Source: Heterodontus francisci (lineage: Eukaryota). From it: 64,000 bases of DNA. The stretch spans positions 26,899,790 through 26,963,789 of the forward strand of contig NC_090379.1 in NCBI RefSeq assembly GCF_036365525.1, written 5' to 3'. Made by a program: the position numbers and the translations under genes. Of this stretch, positions 1 to 13,400 are shown one piece after another. Each line of letters opens with the position of its first letter. Positions within the stretch are counted from its first letter, which is position 1. Below the pieces are notes generated by a model. The model saw only the letters and a list, made by a program, of their open reading frames with translations, searched no databases and was not told the DNA's origin.

Positions 1-1116
1 CTACCTAACACATTTTCTTTGTTGATGAATGGACAGCAGGTGCATTCCAAACAATAGAACAATTAGCGTTACAAAAAGGTAATGCTTACAGAAGAATTAC
101 ATGTCAGCAAAACTTTGCGTCTCTCTCAATTCTTATATCTTATTAGCTCACCTCATAACAATCCTGGTCTACGACACTTGTCTTTTAGTAATGTGGGACA
201 CAGAGTCTGGGAACCATAACTTTGGCATTTACAGCAGATACGAGCAACACCAGAAAAGCTACATACAGAGTTGAGAAGATCTGAGTAATTATAAGGTCAC
301 TTAACTTCACGGTCATAGTCCATGAAGTTACACAAACACAATTGCCTTTTTAGTCTTGCAATATATTATGTAACACAATCAAGAAAAGCGCATCACAAAC
401 CAAAATAACCAACTGCCAATGATTTGCAAAGTCATCACAAGTCCTAAAAATGTATTAGTGCCTTGCAACATAGTTTAGCAAAATATAGTTGGATTCGATT
501 TCACAGAACAACTTACTCACTGCAGGTCTTTGAATTTAATGTCACTTAAAGTGACATCACAACAGTAATGACATGGTTAGTCTTTATGATGTGATGCTCT
601 TTTGTCTCCCAATCACAAATTGCTCACCAAATTTAGATGCAAAAGCAGAGTTATAACATTTGAATATAATCAGCTACAGGAAACTGGGGAAAGTAGATTA
701 AGTAGAGAAGACCATCTAAGATTTCAGGGTGGATTTTTTTTTTTTAAGACAAACATTAAAGAAAATTTAAGTAGGGAGTACTTCCCCAATTTACTTGACA
801 AAATTAAAGAGCTTCAACTGTTTCCCATAAGAGGAGAAACCACTCTCTTCCCATGACATGACATTAGCTGAAGAGCACAAACTATTAATGAGCACTGCTC
901 ACTGTACTGTCGCTCATCACTAAAGCCTCAGTTTTTCCAGCAGCGTTATTGACCGTTATTCCTGCCAGTTAGATCACCTGGCACTGCAACAGCTGACCAG
1001 ATCTCCCATGATTCCAGCCGCTGAACCTGCCACAGAATCATCGAATCTTGCAGCACAGAAAGCCATTTGACCCATCATTCCTGTGCCAGCTCTTTGAAAG
1101 ATCTATCCAATTAGAC

Positions 1117-2858
1117 AACTGACAGGAAGAGGAGGCTCCACAAATATCCCCATCCACAATGATGGGGGAGCCCAGTACATCAGTGCTAAAAAAAAGGCTG
1201 AATCATTTGCATCCATTTTCAGCCAGAAGTGCCGAGTGGATGATCCATCTCAGCCTCCTCCTGAGGTCCCCAGCATCACAGATGCCTGTCTTCAGCCAAT
1301 CCAATTCACTCCACGTGATATCAAGAAACGGCTGAAAGCACTGGATACTGCAAAGGTTTTGGGCCCTGACAACGTTCGGTAATATTACTGAAGACTTGTG
1401 CTCCAGAACTAGCTGCACCCCGAGCCAAGCTGTTCTAGTACAACTACAACACTGGCAATCTACCCAGCAATGTGGAAAATTGCGCAGGTATAGCCTGTGC
1501 ACAAAAAGCAAGACAAATCCAACCCAGTCAATTACAGCCCTATCAGTCCACTTTCGATTATCAACAAAGTGATGGAAGGTGTCATCAACAGTGCTATCAA
1601 GCGGCACTTGCTTAGCAATAACCTGCTCACTGACGCTCGGTTGGGTTCCGCCAGGGCCACTCAACTCCTGACCTCATTACGGTCTTGGTCTAAACATGGT
1701 CAAAAGAGCTGAACTTGAGGTGAGGTGAGAGTGACTGCCCTCAAGGCAGCATTTGACCGAATATGGCATCAAGGAGCCCTAGCAAAACTGGAGTCAATGG
1801 GAATCGGGGGAAAACTGGGTTGAGTCATACTTAGCACAAAGGAAGATGGTTATGATTATTGGAAGTCAATCATCTCAGTCCCAGGACATCACTGCAGGAG
1901 TTCCTCAGGGTAGTGTCCTAGGCCCAATCATCTTCAGCTGCTTCATTAATGACCTTCCCTCCATCATAAGGGTATAAGTGGGGATGTTCGCTGATGATTG
2001 CACAATGTTCAGCATCATTCACAACTCCTCAGATACTGAAGCAGCCCATGCCCACACGCAGCAAGACCTGGACAACATCCAGGCTTGGGCTGAGAAGTGG
2101 CAAGTAACATTTGCGCCACACAAGTGCCAGGCAATGACCATCTCAAACAAGAGAGAATCTAACCATCTCCCCTTGAGGTTCAACGCATTACCATTGCTGA
2201 ATCCCCTTACCATTGACCAGAAACTGAACTGGACCAGCCACATAAATGCTGGGACTGCAAGAGCAGGTCAGAGGCTGGGAATTGTGGCAAGGAACTCACC
2301 TCCTGACTCTCCAATGGCTGTTTACCATCTACAAAGCACAAGTCAGGAGTGTGATGGAATACTTTCCACTTGCCTGGATGGGTACAGCTCCAACAACACT
2401 CAAGAAGCTCGACACTGTCCAGGACAAAGCAGTCCGCTTGATTGGCACCCCATCCATCACCCGCAACATTCACTCCCTCCACCGCCGACGCACAGTGGCA
2501 GCAGTGTGTACCATACAAGAGGCACTGCAGCAACTTACCAAAGCTCCTTCAACAGCACCTTCCAAACCCGGGACCTCTACTACCTAGGACAAGGGCAGCA
2601 GGTGCATGGGAACACCACCACCTGCAAGTTCCCCTCCAACCCACACACCATCATAACTTGGAACTATATTGCCATTCCTTCACTGTCGCTGGGTCAAAAT
2701 CCTGGGACTACCTTTTTAACAACATTGTCGGTGTACCTACACCACAAGGACTGCAACGGTTCAAGAAGGCAGCTCAGCACCACCTTTTCAAGGGCAATTA
2801 GAGATGGGCAATAAATGCTGGCCTAGCTAGCAATGCACAGATCCCACGAATAGAAAAA
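1117..2858 (+). mobile_element. 5'-truncated L2/CR1-group LINE (family A), decayed RT
   Basis: Fragments KKQDKSNPVNYSPISPLSIINKVMEG and MFADDCT, with frameshifts. Family 3' end gggcaattagagatgggcaataaatgctggcc. Inserted in a CR1 3' tail. Confidence 0.85.
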
Positions 2859-2859
2859 G

Positions 2860-3200
2860 ACCCACTCACCAGCTGTTTTCTCACAGCATGCAATTTCTCA
2901 CTTTTCAAGTAGATATCCCATTTCCTTTACTAATAAATCTGCTGCACTTTCACGTACAGTATTCCTGAATACATTGACATTCCTGTCAGTGGGAACAGTT
3001 ATTCCCATCTACTCTATCATAATTTAGAAACCCTCTATTAAATCCCCCCTTAACCTTCTCTGCTCAAAGGAGAACAATGCCAGCTTCTTTAATCTCACCA
3101 CAGAACTGAATTCCCTCATCCCTGATACCATTCTGGTAAATCTCCTCTGCACCCTCTCCAAAGCCTTGACATCCTTCCAGAAGTGCAGCAGCCAGAACTG
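2860..3200 (-). mobile_element. CR1 LINE 3' fragment (continues 1035-1115)
   Basis: Antisense CR1 3'-ORF2/tail sequence (aaccttctctgctcaaaggagaac...ctctgcaccctctccaa), similar to other copies in the window. Confidence 0.7.
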
Positions 3201-3439
3201 GCCTTACCAGGGAAGGTCTGTCACACAGTGGAGGGCAAACGTAATTAATTTATGAATGTGGTGATGATGCAAGTATAAAAACAAAAGACGAATCCAGAGG
3301 ACATATAAATGATTTATGCACCAGAATAGCAACGGAGGGAAGCATAAAAAATCTGCCGAAGATTTTCAACAGGCAGAACAAAGACAGGTGAACCTCCAAC
3401 AGCGAGGGTCCATCTTCTGCCACTTTACCGCCCACTCCC

Positions 3440-5960
3440 AATATCCCTCAATTCCCTGAGACATCAAAAGTCTATCTATCCCAGCCTTGAATATACTCAA
3501 TGATAGAGCATCCACAATACTATGGGGTATAGAATTCTAAAGATCCAACCCTCGGAGTGAAGAAATTTCTGCTCAGCTCAATCTTAAATGATTGACCCCT
3601 TATGCTGAGACTGTGCTCATGTTCTAGATTCCCCAGCTAGGGGGAATCAACCTGTCATTGTCTTACCATGTCAAATCCCTTCAGAATCTTGTATGTTTCA
3701 ATTCTCATTCTTCTAAACTCTAATTTATTCAGCCTCTTCTCGTAGGATAGCCCACTCATCTCAGGAACCAATCTTGTGAACCTTCACTATACCGCCTCCA
3801 ATGCAAGTATACCCTTTCTTAGATTTGGAAACCAAAACTGCACACAGTACTTCAGGTGTGGTCTCACCAAATCCCTATATAGCAAGACTTCCTTATTCTT
3901 GTACTCCAGTCCCCTTGCAATAAAGGCCAGTAGGCCATTTGCCTTCCTAATTTCTTACCGTACTTGCATGCCAACTTTTTATATTCCTTGCCCAGACATG
4001 GGTGTACTTGTACAAGAGCATCAACATTTAAGTTTTACGCCTTTCAAAAAAAATTCTGCTTCTCTATTCTTATGACCAAAGTGCATAACCTCACACTTCC
4101 CATATTATACTCCATCTGCCACCTTATCGCCCACTCATTTAACCTGCTTATATCACTTTGCAGCCTGTGTCTCATTCTCAAAGCTTATAATACAAAGCTA
4201 GGTGGTAATATCAGCAAACTTAAATATATATTACTCTTGGTCTCTTCATCTAGTCATTAATATAGATTGTAAATAGCTGAAGTCCCAGCACTGATTCTTG
4301 TGACATTCCACCAGTCACAGGCTGCCAACTTGAAAATGCCCCATTTATCTGACTCTTTGCTTCCTGTCCATTAACCAATCCCCTATCCATGCTAATATAT
4401 TACCCCCAACTCCATCTTGAGCCACCTTTTGTGTGGCACCTTATCGAATGCCTTTTGGAAATCCAAGTATACTACATCTACTGGCTCCCCTTTAATCTAC
4501 CTGACTGGTTAGATCCTCAAAAAACTAATAAATTTGTTCAACATGATTTCTCTTTCATAAAAAATGTTGACTCTGTCTGATCACACTAAGATTTTCTAAA
4601 TACATTGCAAAGTCTTCCTTAATAGCTTCTAACATTTTCCCAATCACTGATGCCAGGATAACTGCCCTGTAGTTCACTGTTTTTTCTCTCTCCCTCCTTT
4701 CATGAATAGCAATGTTAACATTTGCGAGCTTCCAATCTGTTGAAAATATTCTAGAATCTAGGGCATTTTGGAAAATCATAACAAGTGCATCCACTATGTT
4801 TGCAACTGCCTCTTTTAGAAACCTAAGATATAGACCATCAGGTCCTGGGGATTTGTCAGCTTTTAGTTCTCCACTCTTATTAGCACTTTGATTATCCTCT
4901 ACTTCTGGTATGTCATGTGTGTTTTCTGCTGTGAAGGTAAACAAAAGATTTGTTTACCATCTCTGCCATTTCCTCATTCCCCATGATAATTCCTCCTGTC
5001 TCTGCCTTTAAGAGACCAATGCTTACTTTAGCTACTCTCCTTTTTATAAACTTGTTAAAGTTCTTACAATATGTTAATATATTCCTGGCTGGTTTACTCT
5101 CATATTTGATTTATTTCTCCCTTATCAACTTTTTGGTTGCCCTTTGCTGGTTCTGTAACTCTCCCAATCCTCAGGCTTACTACCATTATTTGCAACATTA
5201 TAAGCATCTTTTAATCTAATCTATCCTTAACTTCCCTCCTGAGCTTGGATGGATCTTTCTCAGTGAATTTTGTTTTTTTTTTAAATGGCACATTTTTGTT
5301 GAAAATATTGCATTTCGTGAAATGTTTTCCTGTTTATTTACTGCCATACCTATTTACTCAATCAACCTTAGCCAGACCTCTCTTCATACCTATTTAATTA
5401 GCTTCAATTTTAAGCTTTTTGTTTTGGACTCGAGTATGTCACACTCAAACTTAATATGGAATTCAATTGTATTATGATCAATTTTTCCAGACAGCCTTTT
5501 ACTATGAGATTACTAATTAACCCTAGACGAATACACAATACTAGATCTAAATTAACTTTATCCCAGTTGGTTCTACCACATATTGTTCTAGGAAACTCTC
5601 ACAAAAGGATTATACAAAGTCATCTTCTGACTAACTTTGACAATTTGATTTGTTCAGTCCATAAGATGATTAAAGTCACCTACGATTATTACATTGTCTT
5701 TGTTATGAGCTCCATTTTCTTTCTTGCTTGATGTTCCGGCCAACCGTATAATTACGTAGGGGCCTTTTAACTTCTCCCACCATCTTTTTCTGACCCTTGT
5801 TATTTCTAATCCCCACTGATTCTATTTCCTGACCATCCGAGCCAAGATCCTTTCTTACTACTGTCCTCATGTCTTCCTTTATCAGGATTACTCCTGCTTT
5901 TCCATTCTACTTATCTTTCGAAATGTTAAGTACCCTGAAATACTTATTTCCCCCAACCTT
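3440..5960 (-). mobile_element. Decayed CR1 LINE ORF2 (RT region)
   Basis: ORF 4555-4944 reads KSPGPDGL..FLKE..DWKLANV..NYRAVILASVIGKMLE. Many stops and deletions. Homologous to the copy at 56150-57680. Confidence 0.8.
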
Positions 5961-6460
5961 GGTCATCTTACAACCATTGCTCTGTTATCATGATTAGATT
6001 AAATCCATTTATCACTATTTATGCCAATAACTTGTCTTATTTTGTTATAAGTGCTCTGCGCATTCAGATAAAGAGGTTTCAATTTCATTTTTTTTTAAAC
6101 TATTCCTTGCATAGGAATAAATGGTTGGATACTGAAAAATGTAGAGGAACAGAGGACCTTGAAGTACTTGTCCACAGTTTCCCAAGGGCAACAAGACAGG
6201 TAGAAAACATACGAACACATGAATTAGGAGCAGGAGTAGGCCACTCGGCCCCTTGAGCCTGCTCCACCATTCAGTAAGTTAATGGCTGAACTGATTACTC
6301 CACATTACCACCTACCCCCGATAACCTTTCACCCCCCTCGCTTATCAAGAATCTACCTACCACTGCCTTAAAAATATTCAAAGACTCTGCTTCCACCACC
6401 TTTTAAAGTAAGAGAATTCCAAAGACTCATGACCCGCTGAGAGAAAACATTTCTCCTCAT

Positions 6461-7261
6461 TGTTATGATCCTGTAGTTTTTTTGTCGGGAAATATGTGGT
6501 GTGTGTTTAAGACAGCAAAGACTGCTTTAAGAATAAGCAGGCCTCAGGAGTTACCGAGAAGGTGCATTCGCGTTGCCTTGGATACAGCCACGCGGACTGC
6601 GCTTCGAGAGATACATTTGTTACAATTCAATTTTGAACTGGTTTATAGTGCAAACAGCCTGTTCTAACAGAGGACACAGACAGACAGACAGCTGTGTGTT
6701 AGCAACTGAAAGGAGATCTCTGATAATTTAAACTGAAGGAAGGGAAGTTAGACTGAGACAATCTTTTATCCCTCAAAAACTCTAAAGCCAAATTGATTTA
6801 TTTAAAAAGTTTTTGCAAGTTGTTAATTGTTGAAATTCATCGCTGGAGAAGGAAAGCATCACTTATTGCTGGAATTAGACTGCGGACTGTTCTAAAGTTG
6901 AAGAACTTATTTTCTCCCCGTTGGACGGCTGTGAGGACTTCAAGCAACATTGGACTGTAAATTTGCAAGGACTAATTTCTTCTATTTTAAATGTTGTTTA
7001 TATCTTAGTAGTGTTTAAGAATTTAGTTTTTCTAATTAAATAGTTAATTTGTTGATTTAAAGACACCTGGTTTGGTTAGCCTCATTTGGGGGTTAATGGA
7101 TAGTACAATTTGGCTGGGTCTTTCTTTAATTTGGAAAGTTTAAAATGATATGTTAGGCGATCTGTGGAGAGACGTGATTGAGGTAACAGTGCGTTTCTCC
7201 CAACACAATCAGAATCGTATATTTTGATTGGGGGCTTTGACTGGAGCGGTCGGTCGTAACA
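6461..7261 (+). mobile_element. Solo LTR (801 bp) inserted in a CR1 3' tail
   Basis: Termini TGTTATGA...TCGTAACA. Exact 4-bp TSD TCAT (6457-6460 / 7262-7265). The flanks rejoin as CR1 sequence tttctcctcatctccgtctt. Orientation inferred. Confidence 0.85.
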
Positions 7262-7319
7262 TCATCTCCGTCTTACTTGGGCGACCCTTTATTTTTAAAC
7301 AGTGACCCCCTAGTTCTAG

Positions 7320-8370
7320 TAAGGATGCAAATGCATTGGAAGCAGTTCAGAGAAGATTTACTGGACAAATACCTGGAATGGGTGGGTTGTCTTGTGAGAA
7401 AAGGTTGGACGGGCTAGGCTTGTATCCGCTGGAGTTTAGAACAGTAAGAGGTGACTTGATTGAAACATACAAGATCCTGAGGGGTCCTGACAGGGTGGAT
7501 GTGGCAGGGATGTTTCCTCTTGTGGGAGAATCTAGAACTAGGCCACCTGAAAGAAACAGACTTGTAGGGCTACGGGGTTTGAGCTGGGGTGTGGAGCTGA
7601 CAGCATAGCTCCATGGAGAGCCATCACGGACTTGATGGGCCGTAAATGACTATGACTATTTCCCATAGCAGACGGGTCAATAACCAGGGAGCATAGATTT
7701 AAAGTAATTGGTAGAAGGATTAGAGGGCAGTTGAGGAGAAATGTTATCTAGAGGATGGTGGAGTTCTGTAACTCACTGTCTGAAAGGGTAGTGGAGGCAG
7801 AAGAAAACCTCAATACAGTTAAAAAGCATTTGCATATAAAGGCCTGCTATCCGACCCAAACCCGACGACGTGTCGGGCTCGGGTCGGGTCGCACTTCCAG
7901 GTCTGGCTTTTGGGGTCGGGCCAGGTCCAAGTCGGACACACACAGCAAGAATGGCAGGTAAGTGTTAAAAGCAAAAAACCTACCTGAGCTGCGAGTCCGG
8001 CACATCAAAGAGGGAAACTCTGAGTCTGCGCAGTGAGCGGCTCTATGACGTCTTCACGCTCATGCTGCAGCTTCCTGAAGATTGGGAGTCAGAAGGTAAG
8101 TAAAGGGAACATTCCGGTGGTCAGGTTGGGTTGGGCACGGGGGAAAAATGGAGGGACTCGGGCCGGGTCGGCCTCAGGTCTGATGCGGTTCTGTCGGGTT
8201 CGGGTCGGGTTTCTTTTGTGACCTGAGCAGGCCTTTATTTGTATATACACTTGAAGTGGCGTTACCAAGAGCTGAAAAGTAAGTTTAGGCCGGTAGCTCT
8301 TTGTCAGCTGGCACAGAGACAATTGGCCAAATGGCGTCCTCTGTGCTGTACATTGTCTATATTTCTGATT
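7320..8370 (+). mobile_element. CR1 LINE 3' fragments
   Basis: ORF 7336-7608 (EAVQRRFT..IPGMGGLS..RLDGLGLYPLEFR..RGDLIETYKIL) is the typical CR1 ORF2 C-terminus. The tail is interrupted by a hAT MITE. Confidence 0.75.
7837..8237. mobile_element. Non-autonomous hAT element (MITE)
   Basis: 12-bp TIR TAAAGGCCTGCT...AGCAGGCCTTTA. 8-bp TSD TTTGCATA/TTTGTATA. Subterminal arrays of TCGGG/CCCGA. Confidence 0.85.
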
Positions 8371-8560
8371 CTATTACCATAGGTGTCAATTAAAAAGGTC
8401 CTGCTTAAAAGCTATTAAGCTGGCTGACTATTTCTGGCATTTCAAGCTGTGTGGTTGAATGTCAGATGTTAACTATACATTGAAACGCAGTTTTCCTGTC
8501 CAGTAACCAACATGCAAGAGTTCTTACAAAATGGAAGGTTACTGGAAATGTAACAATTCG

Positions 8561-8865
8561 TGCTACACAGTGGCGCAGTGGTTAGCACTGCAGCCTCACA
8601 GCTCCAGGGACCCGGGTTCGATTCTAGGTACTGCCTGTGCGGAGTTTGCAAGTTCTCCCTGTGACCGCGTGGGTTTTCGCCCACAGCCAAAGACTTGCAG
8701 GTTGATAGGTAAATTGGCCATTGTAAAATTGCCCCTAGTGTAGATAGGTGGTAGGGAATATGGGATTACTGTAGGGTTAGTATAAATGGGTGGTTGTTGG
8801 TCGGCACAGACTCGGTGGGCCGAAGGGCCTGTTTCAGTGCTGTACCTCTAAATAAATAAAATAAA
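8561..8865 (+). mobile_element. HE1-type tRNA-derived SINE
   Basis: A-box tggcgcagtgg, B-box gggttcgattc, CR1-like 3' end (gggccgaagggcctgtttcagtgctgta) and (taaa)n tail. Confidence 0.85.
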
Positions 8866-10759
8866 TACTGTTTGTTTCAGATTTGGGGCCACTTCCCAAC
8901 CGCCCCATCAATCTTAAAATCTTACAACACAAAAGTTGGCCCATTCAGCCCATCGTGCCTGTGCCGGCTCTGAACAAGTTATCCAATTAATCTCACTTCA
9001 CTGCTCTTTTCCTATTCTAACCGCCTAAATTGTTTGAGAGCTTTAATCTCAGCAAAATTGATAGATTCGACTGCGTATTGACTGCTAGTACAAGGCATCA
9101 CTGTTGGAACTATTTTCTTGCAGAAAAACTAGAGTAAGCGAATTGCGTGTCAGTGATATTTCCTCTTATGATACCAGGTTACTAGACAGTCTGATGGTTT
9201 TAACCTCCACCATGTACAGCAGGCAAATCATATTACTACAAACGTACCCAACTATATGCGGTGGGAACTGTACTGCTGGTCACAAGATCACAACATAGAA
9301 AAGCTGCAACAAAATAGTTGCAATTTTCTCATCAAGTGCTAATTTTTAAAAAAATCATTCCAGCGAGGCCATCATCTATTGCCTATTCTTAGCTTCCCGA
9401 ACAAATACTTCCACATTATACCACCATAGGTTGGATACAACTGGAGTAAGTTTCTAGATGTGGTTTTCAAATTTTTTTGGTTGAAGGAACCCTTGTCAAA
9501 TGGTTTAGTAATCACAAAGCCACATCTAAATTATATTATAAACACCTTGCATGTTTACATTTCTGAATGTAAAGTTCCTCAGTGTCCTGTTATAAAGTGA
9601 CTTGCATGACAGTTTGCCAGGACTGTCTGATATACTGAACAGTGATGCAATTGGTAATATGAAAACTTTTATCTTCCTTTCAGCTGAAACGTAACACTAC
9701 AGGTTCAGTAACACGCTTGTTGAATGCATCACTGCATGACACCTCCCTACTTTTACTGCAGTGGGATCAGGCTCGTCGGCTCCTGTTGGGAAAAACAGCA
9801 CCATGTCGGTTGTGACCTTCCACTGCCCACTGACACGCTGCCAAGTATTTCAAGGTTTTCTTCAACCACCTCAGCTGTTTACTGGTCTGTCAATGCTGGA
9901 ATATTGCTAACATATTGCCTGTTGTGTGGTGTTTCTGCCATAGGGCCGCCACCAGTAAACGGGAGCACAGCTTTAACCCAAATCCAATCACAGGCCCAGC
10001 TATCGTACTTGGTGAACAAAGCTTGGCTTGATGGTCATTCCAAGCCCCTGGTCAAAGCTGAAATGGGATCTCCTTCCTCCTCTCCCTGGCCAGCCCTGCA
10101 ACTCCTTTCCCAGGTCTCTGGGACCTCTCATGCGATTCTCAACTGGTCTGAGGCCCCATTAATCCAGTTAAGTGTCCCTTTCCAGAATTGCCTTGGTGTC
10201 AGCCCAGCAATCCCTGAACAATGACTTGCTGTGTTGGCATAGACGAGGAGAATCAAAATACCAGGAAAACAGCGCATACCCAAACCACACCATAAGAGCA
10301 ACAGGACGGTTCATTGTTTCGCAGTCCCCTGGAAAGTCTTCATGGACCCCCGGCGACCAGGGACCCCACTGTGAGAGTCACTGCGTTGGGCCACTGCAGA
10401 GGGCAATTAAGAGTCACCCACGTTGGTGTGGGACTGCAATCACATAAAAGCCAGACCTGGTAAGGATGGCAAGTTTCCTTCCCTAAAGAAAATTAATAGC
10501 CATTTACAACAATCCAACAGCTTCATGGTCACTATTCCTGATACCAGCTTTCCATTTCCCAGATTTTCTTTAAAAAAAATACAAATTAAATTCTCAAACT
10601 GCCTGATGGAATTACTGGGCCGAAACCCAACAGCTGATGTGAAATGTTGGAATTTGAGTGGATGATAGACTGTATTGCTTTACCAATCCCAATAACCTCC
10701 TCATAAAATCCTGGATCGTTTAAAGTGAGTAAGACACATATGGGGAACTCCTCAGAGCC

Positions 10760-11200
10760 CAGTGCAAGGGCACCGGGATCGAACTGAGCTCCGAGCCGGC
10801 GGCGGGTATCAGCGGAGAGGTGACGGCCGCAGACACTCCCCGCACCCCGAGGCCGCATACCGCGTTCGCTCCTCCGCCGCCGGGACGCAAATATTCGGCG
10901 GGGCCTCGGGCCGGGTCGATCCCGGATCTCCTGCCCCGCTCCGGATGGTTAACACTCACCCTGGCAAGACAAGGCGGTTAACTGGTCTCCACCGGTCTCT
11001 CTCTCTCTCTTTCCGAAATTGGCGCACAAACTGTCAACCAGAGCTCCCCCCCAACAGCACTTCTCATTGGTCAGCACCACTTTTAGTGAAGCCACCTTCC
11101 ATTGGCCGAATGTAACTCCGCCCTTCTCCGTGACCCCCTCCCCATCCAATCCTTGACTTGGGGGCGGGGCCGCCGCCTGCAGCTGCTGTCAATCAAATAC
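10760..11200 (-). promoter_or_regulatory. CpG-island promoter with non-coding first exon of an unidentified minus-strand gene
   Basis: Local CpG/GC enrichment. CCAAT boxes at 11066-11070, 11101-11105 and 11146-11150; GC boxes at 11116-11123 and 11160-11170; TGATTGACAG (-) at 11186-11195. Strong minus-strand donor CAGG|GTGAGT with last exon base 10960; no ATG in the putative exon. Confidence 0.7.
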
Positions 11201-11529
11201 AACAACAACTGATGGACCTGAAATGTTAACTCTGTCTCTCCATCGATGCTGCTTGTTATGATCGGGTGAGGAGGGATTGCAGGGCTCGCCTCTTTTCCCT
11301 CTCCTTGTTTGACCAGAACAGGTTTATTTCTTTTTGAAGTGGATATACTTGACAATTCAGTGATTGTTTAACTGTTTACGTGCCATGATTATAAAAAGAA
11401 CCAATTGGACAGGTTTTCTGGAGTTCAACAAAGAAAGAGGTTAGCTTTCTTGCACTTAGACTGATTTAAGTAAAATAATAAAATATGCTCCAATTTTCAT
11501 GTGCATACACTCTCTCGAGGTTCACACAC

Positions 11530-13400
11530 TTTTTCTTTTTGGCCTCCTTATCTCGAGAGACAATGGGTAAGCGCCTGGAGGTGGTCAGTGATGTGTGGAG
11601 CAGCGCCTGTAGTGGCTAAAAAGGCCAATTCCAGAGTGACAGTCTCTTCCACAGGTGCTGCAGAAAAATTTGTTTGTCGGGGCTGTTACACAGTTGGCTC
11701 TTCCCTTGTGCCTCTGTCTTTTTTCCTGCCAACTGCTAAGTCTCTTCAACTCGCCACAATTTAGCCCCGCATTTATGGCTGCCCGCCAGCTCTGGCGAAC
11801 GCTGGCAACTGACTCCCACGACTTGTGATCAAATTCACAGGATTTCATGTCGCGTTTGCAGACGTCTTTAAAGCAGAGACATGGTCGGCCGATGCGTCTG
11901 ATACCAGTGGCGAGCTCGCTGTACAATGTGTCTTTGGGGATCCTGCCATCTTCCATGCGGCTCACATGGCCAAGCCATCTCAAGCGCTGCTGACTCAGTA
12001 GTGTGTATAAACTGGGGATGTTGGCCGCCTCGAGGACTTCTGTGTTGGAGATACGGTCCTGTCACCTGATGCCAAGTATTCTCCGGAGGCAGCGAAGATG
12101 GAATGAATTGTGACGACGCTCTTGGCTGACATATGTTGTCCAGGCCTCGCTGCCATAGAGCAAGGTACTGAGGACACAGGCTTGATACACTCGGACTTTT
12201 GTGTTCCGTGTCAGTGCGCCATTTTCCCACACTCTCTTGGCCAGTCTGGACATAGTAGTGGAAGCCTTTCCCATGCGCTTGTTGATTTCTGCATCTAGAG
12301 ACAGGTTACTGGTGATAGTTGAGCCTAGGTAGGTGAACTCTTGAACCACTTCCAGAGCGTGGTCGCCAATATTGATGGATGGAGCATTTCTGACGTCCTG
12401 TCCCATGATGTTCGTTTTCTTGAGGCTGATGGTTAGGCCAAATTCATTGCAGGCAGCCGCAAACCTGTCGATGAGACTCTGCAGGCACTCTTCAGTGTGA
12501 GATGTTAAAGCAGCATCGTCAGCAAAGAGGAGTTCCCGGATGAGGACTTTCCGTACTTTGGACTTCGCTCTTAGACGGGCAAGGTTGAACAACCTGTCCC
12601 CTGATCTTGTGTGGAGGAAAATTCCTTCTTCCGAGGACTTGAACGCATGTGAAAGCAGTAGGGAGAAGAAAATCCCAAAAAGTGTGGGTGCGAGAACACA
12701 GCCCTGTTTCACGCCACTCAGGAGAGGAAAGAGGCCTGATGAGGAGCCACCATGTTGAATTGTGCCTTTCATATTGTCATGGAATGAGGTGATGATACTT
12801 AGTAGCTTTGGTGGGCATCCAATCTTTTCTCGTAGTCTGAAGAGACCACGTCTGCTGACGAGGTCAAAGGCTTTGGTGAGATCAATGAAAGCAATGTAGA
12901 GGGGCATCTGTTGTTCGTGGCATTTCTCCTGTATCTGATGAAGGGAGAACAGCAGGTCAACGGTCGATCTCTCTGCACGAAAGCCACACTGTGCCTCAGG
13001 GTAGATGCGCTCGGCCAGCTTCTGGAGCCTGTTTAGAGCGACTCGAGCAAAGACCTTCCCCACTATGCTGAGCAGGGAGATTCCACAGTAGTTGTTGCAG
13101 TCACCTCGGTCACCTTTGTTTTTATAGAGGGTGATGATATTGGCATCGCGCATGTCCTGAGGTACTGCTCCCTCGTCCCAGCACAGGCATAGCAGTTCAT
13201 GTAGTGCTGAGAGTATAGCAGGCTTGGCACTCTTGATTATTTCAGGGGTAATGCTGTCCTTCCCAGGGGCTTTTCCGCTGGCTAGAGAATCAATGGTATC
13301 ACTGCGTTCCGATTTGGTTGGCTGTATGTCCAGCTCATCCATGACTGGTAGAGGCTGGGCTGCATTGAGGGAAGTCTCAGTGACAACATTCTCCCTGGAG
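11530..13400 (-). mobile_element. RTE-clade LINE, 5'-truncated, one premature stop
   Basis: ORFs 12062-13417 (RT: FIDLTKAFD, GVKQGCVLAP, LLFADD) and 11585-11983 (RWLGHV..M..GRIPK..LYSEL, C-terminal CxxC..H..). Nearly identical to 21979-23433. Confidence 0.92.

Noticed and set aside
510-575. Minus-strand coding exon ending at CAGTGAGTAAGT
   Set aside because: Donor-like, but nearby ATGs hit stops at once and there is no clear acceptor.
7837-8237. CpG-island promoter or CRISPR-like repeat array
   Set aside because: Bounded by TIRs and an 8-bp TSD. The short repeats are hAT subterminal motifs with no repeat-spacer structure.
8561-8640. tRNA gene
   Set aside because: A and B boxes continue into a SINE body and CR1-like tail, and there is a second copy at 61047-61376.
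10586-11355. Protein-coding ORFs over the CpG island
   Set aside because: Overlapping low-information GC-rich ORFs with no recognisable protein similarity.
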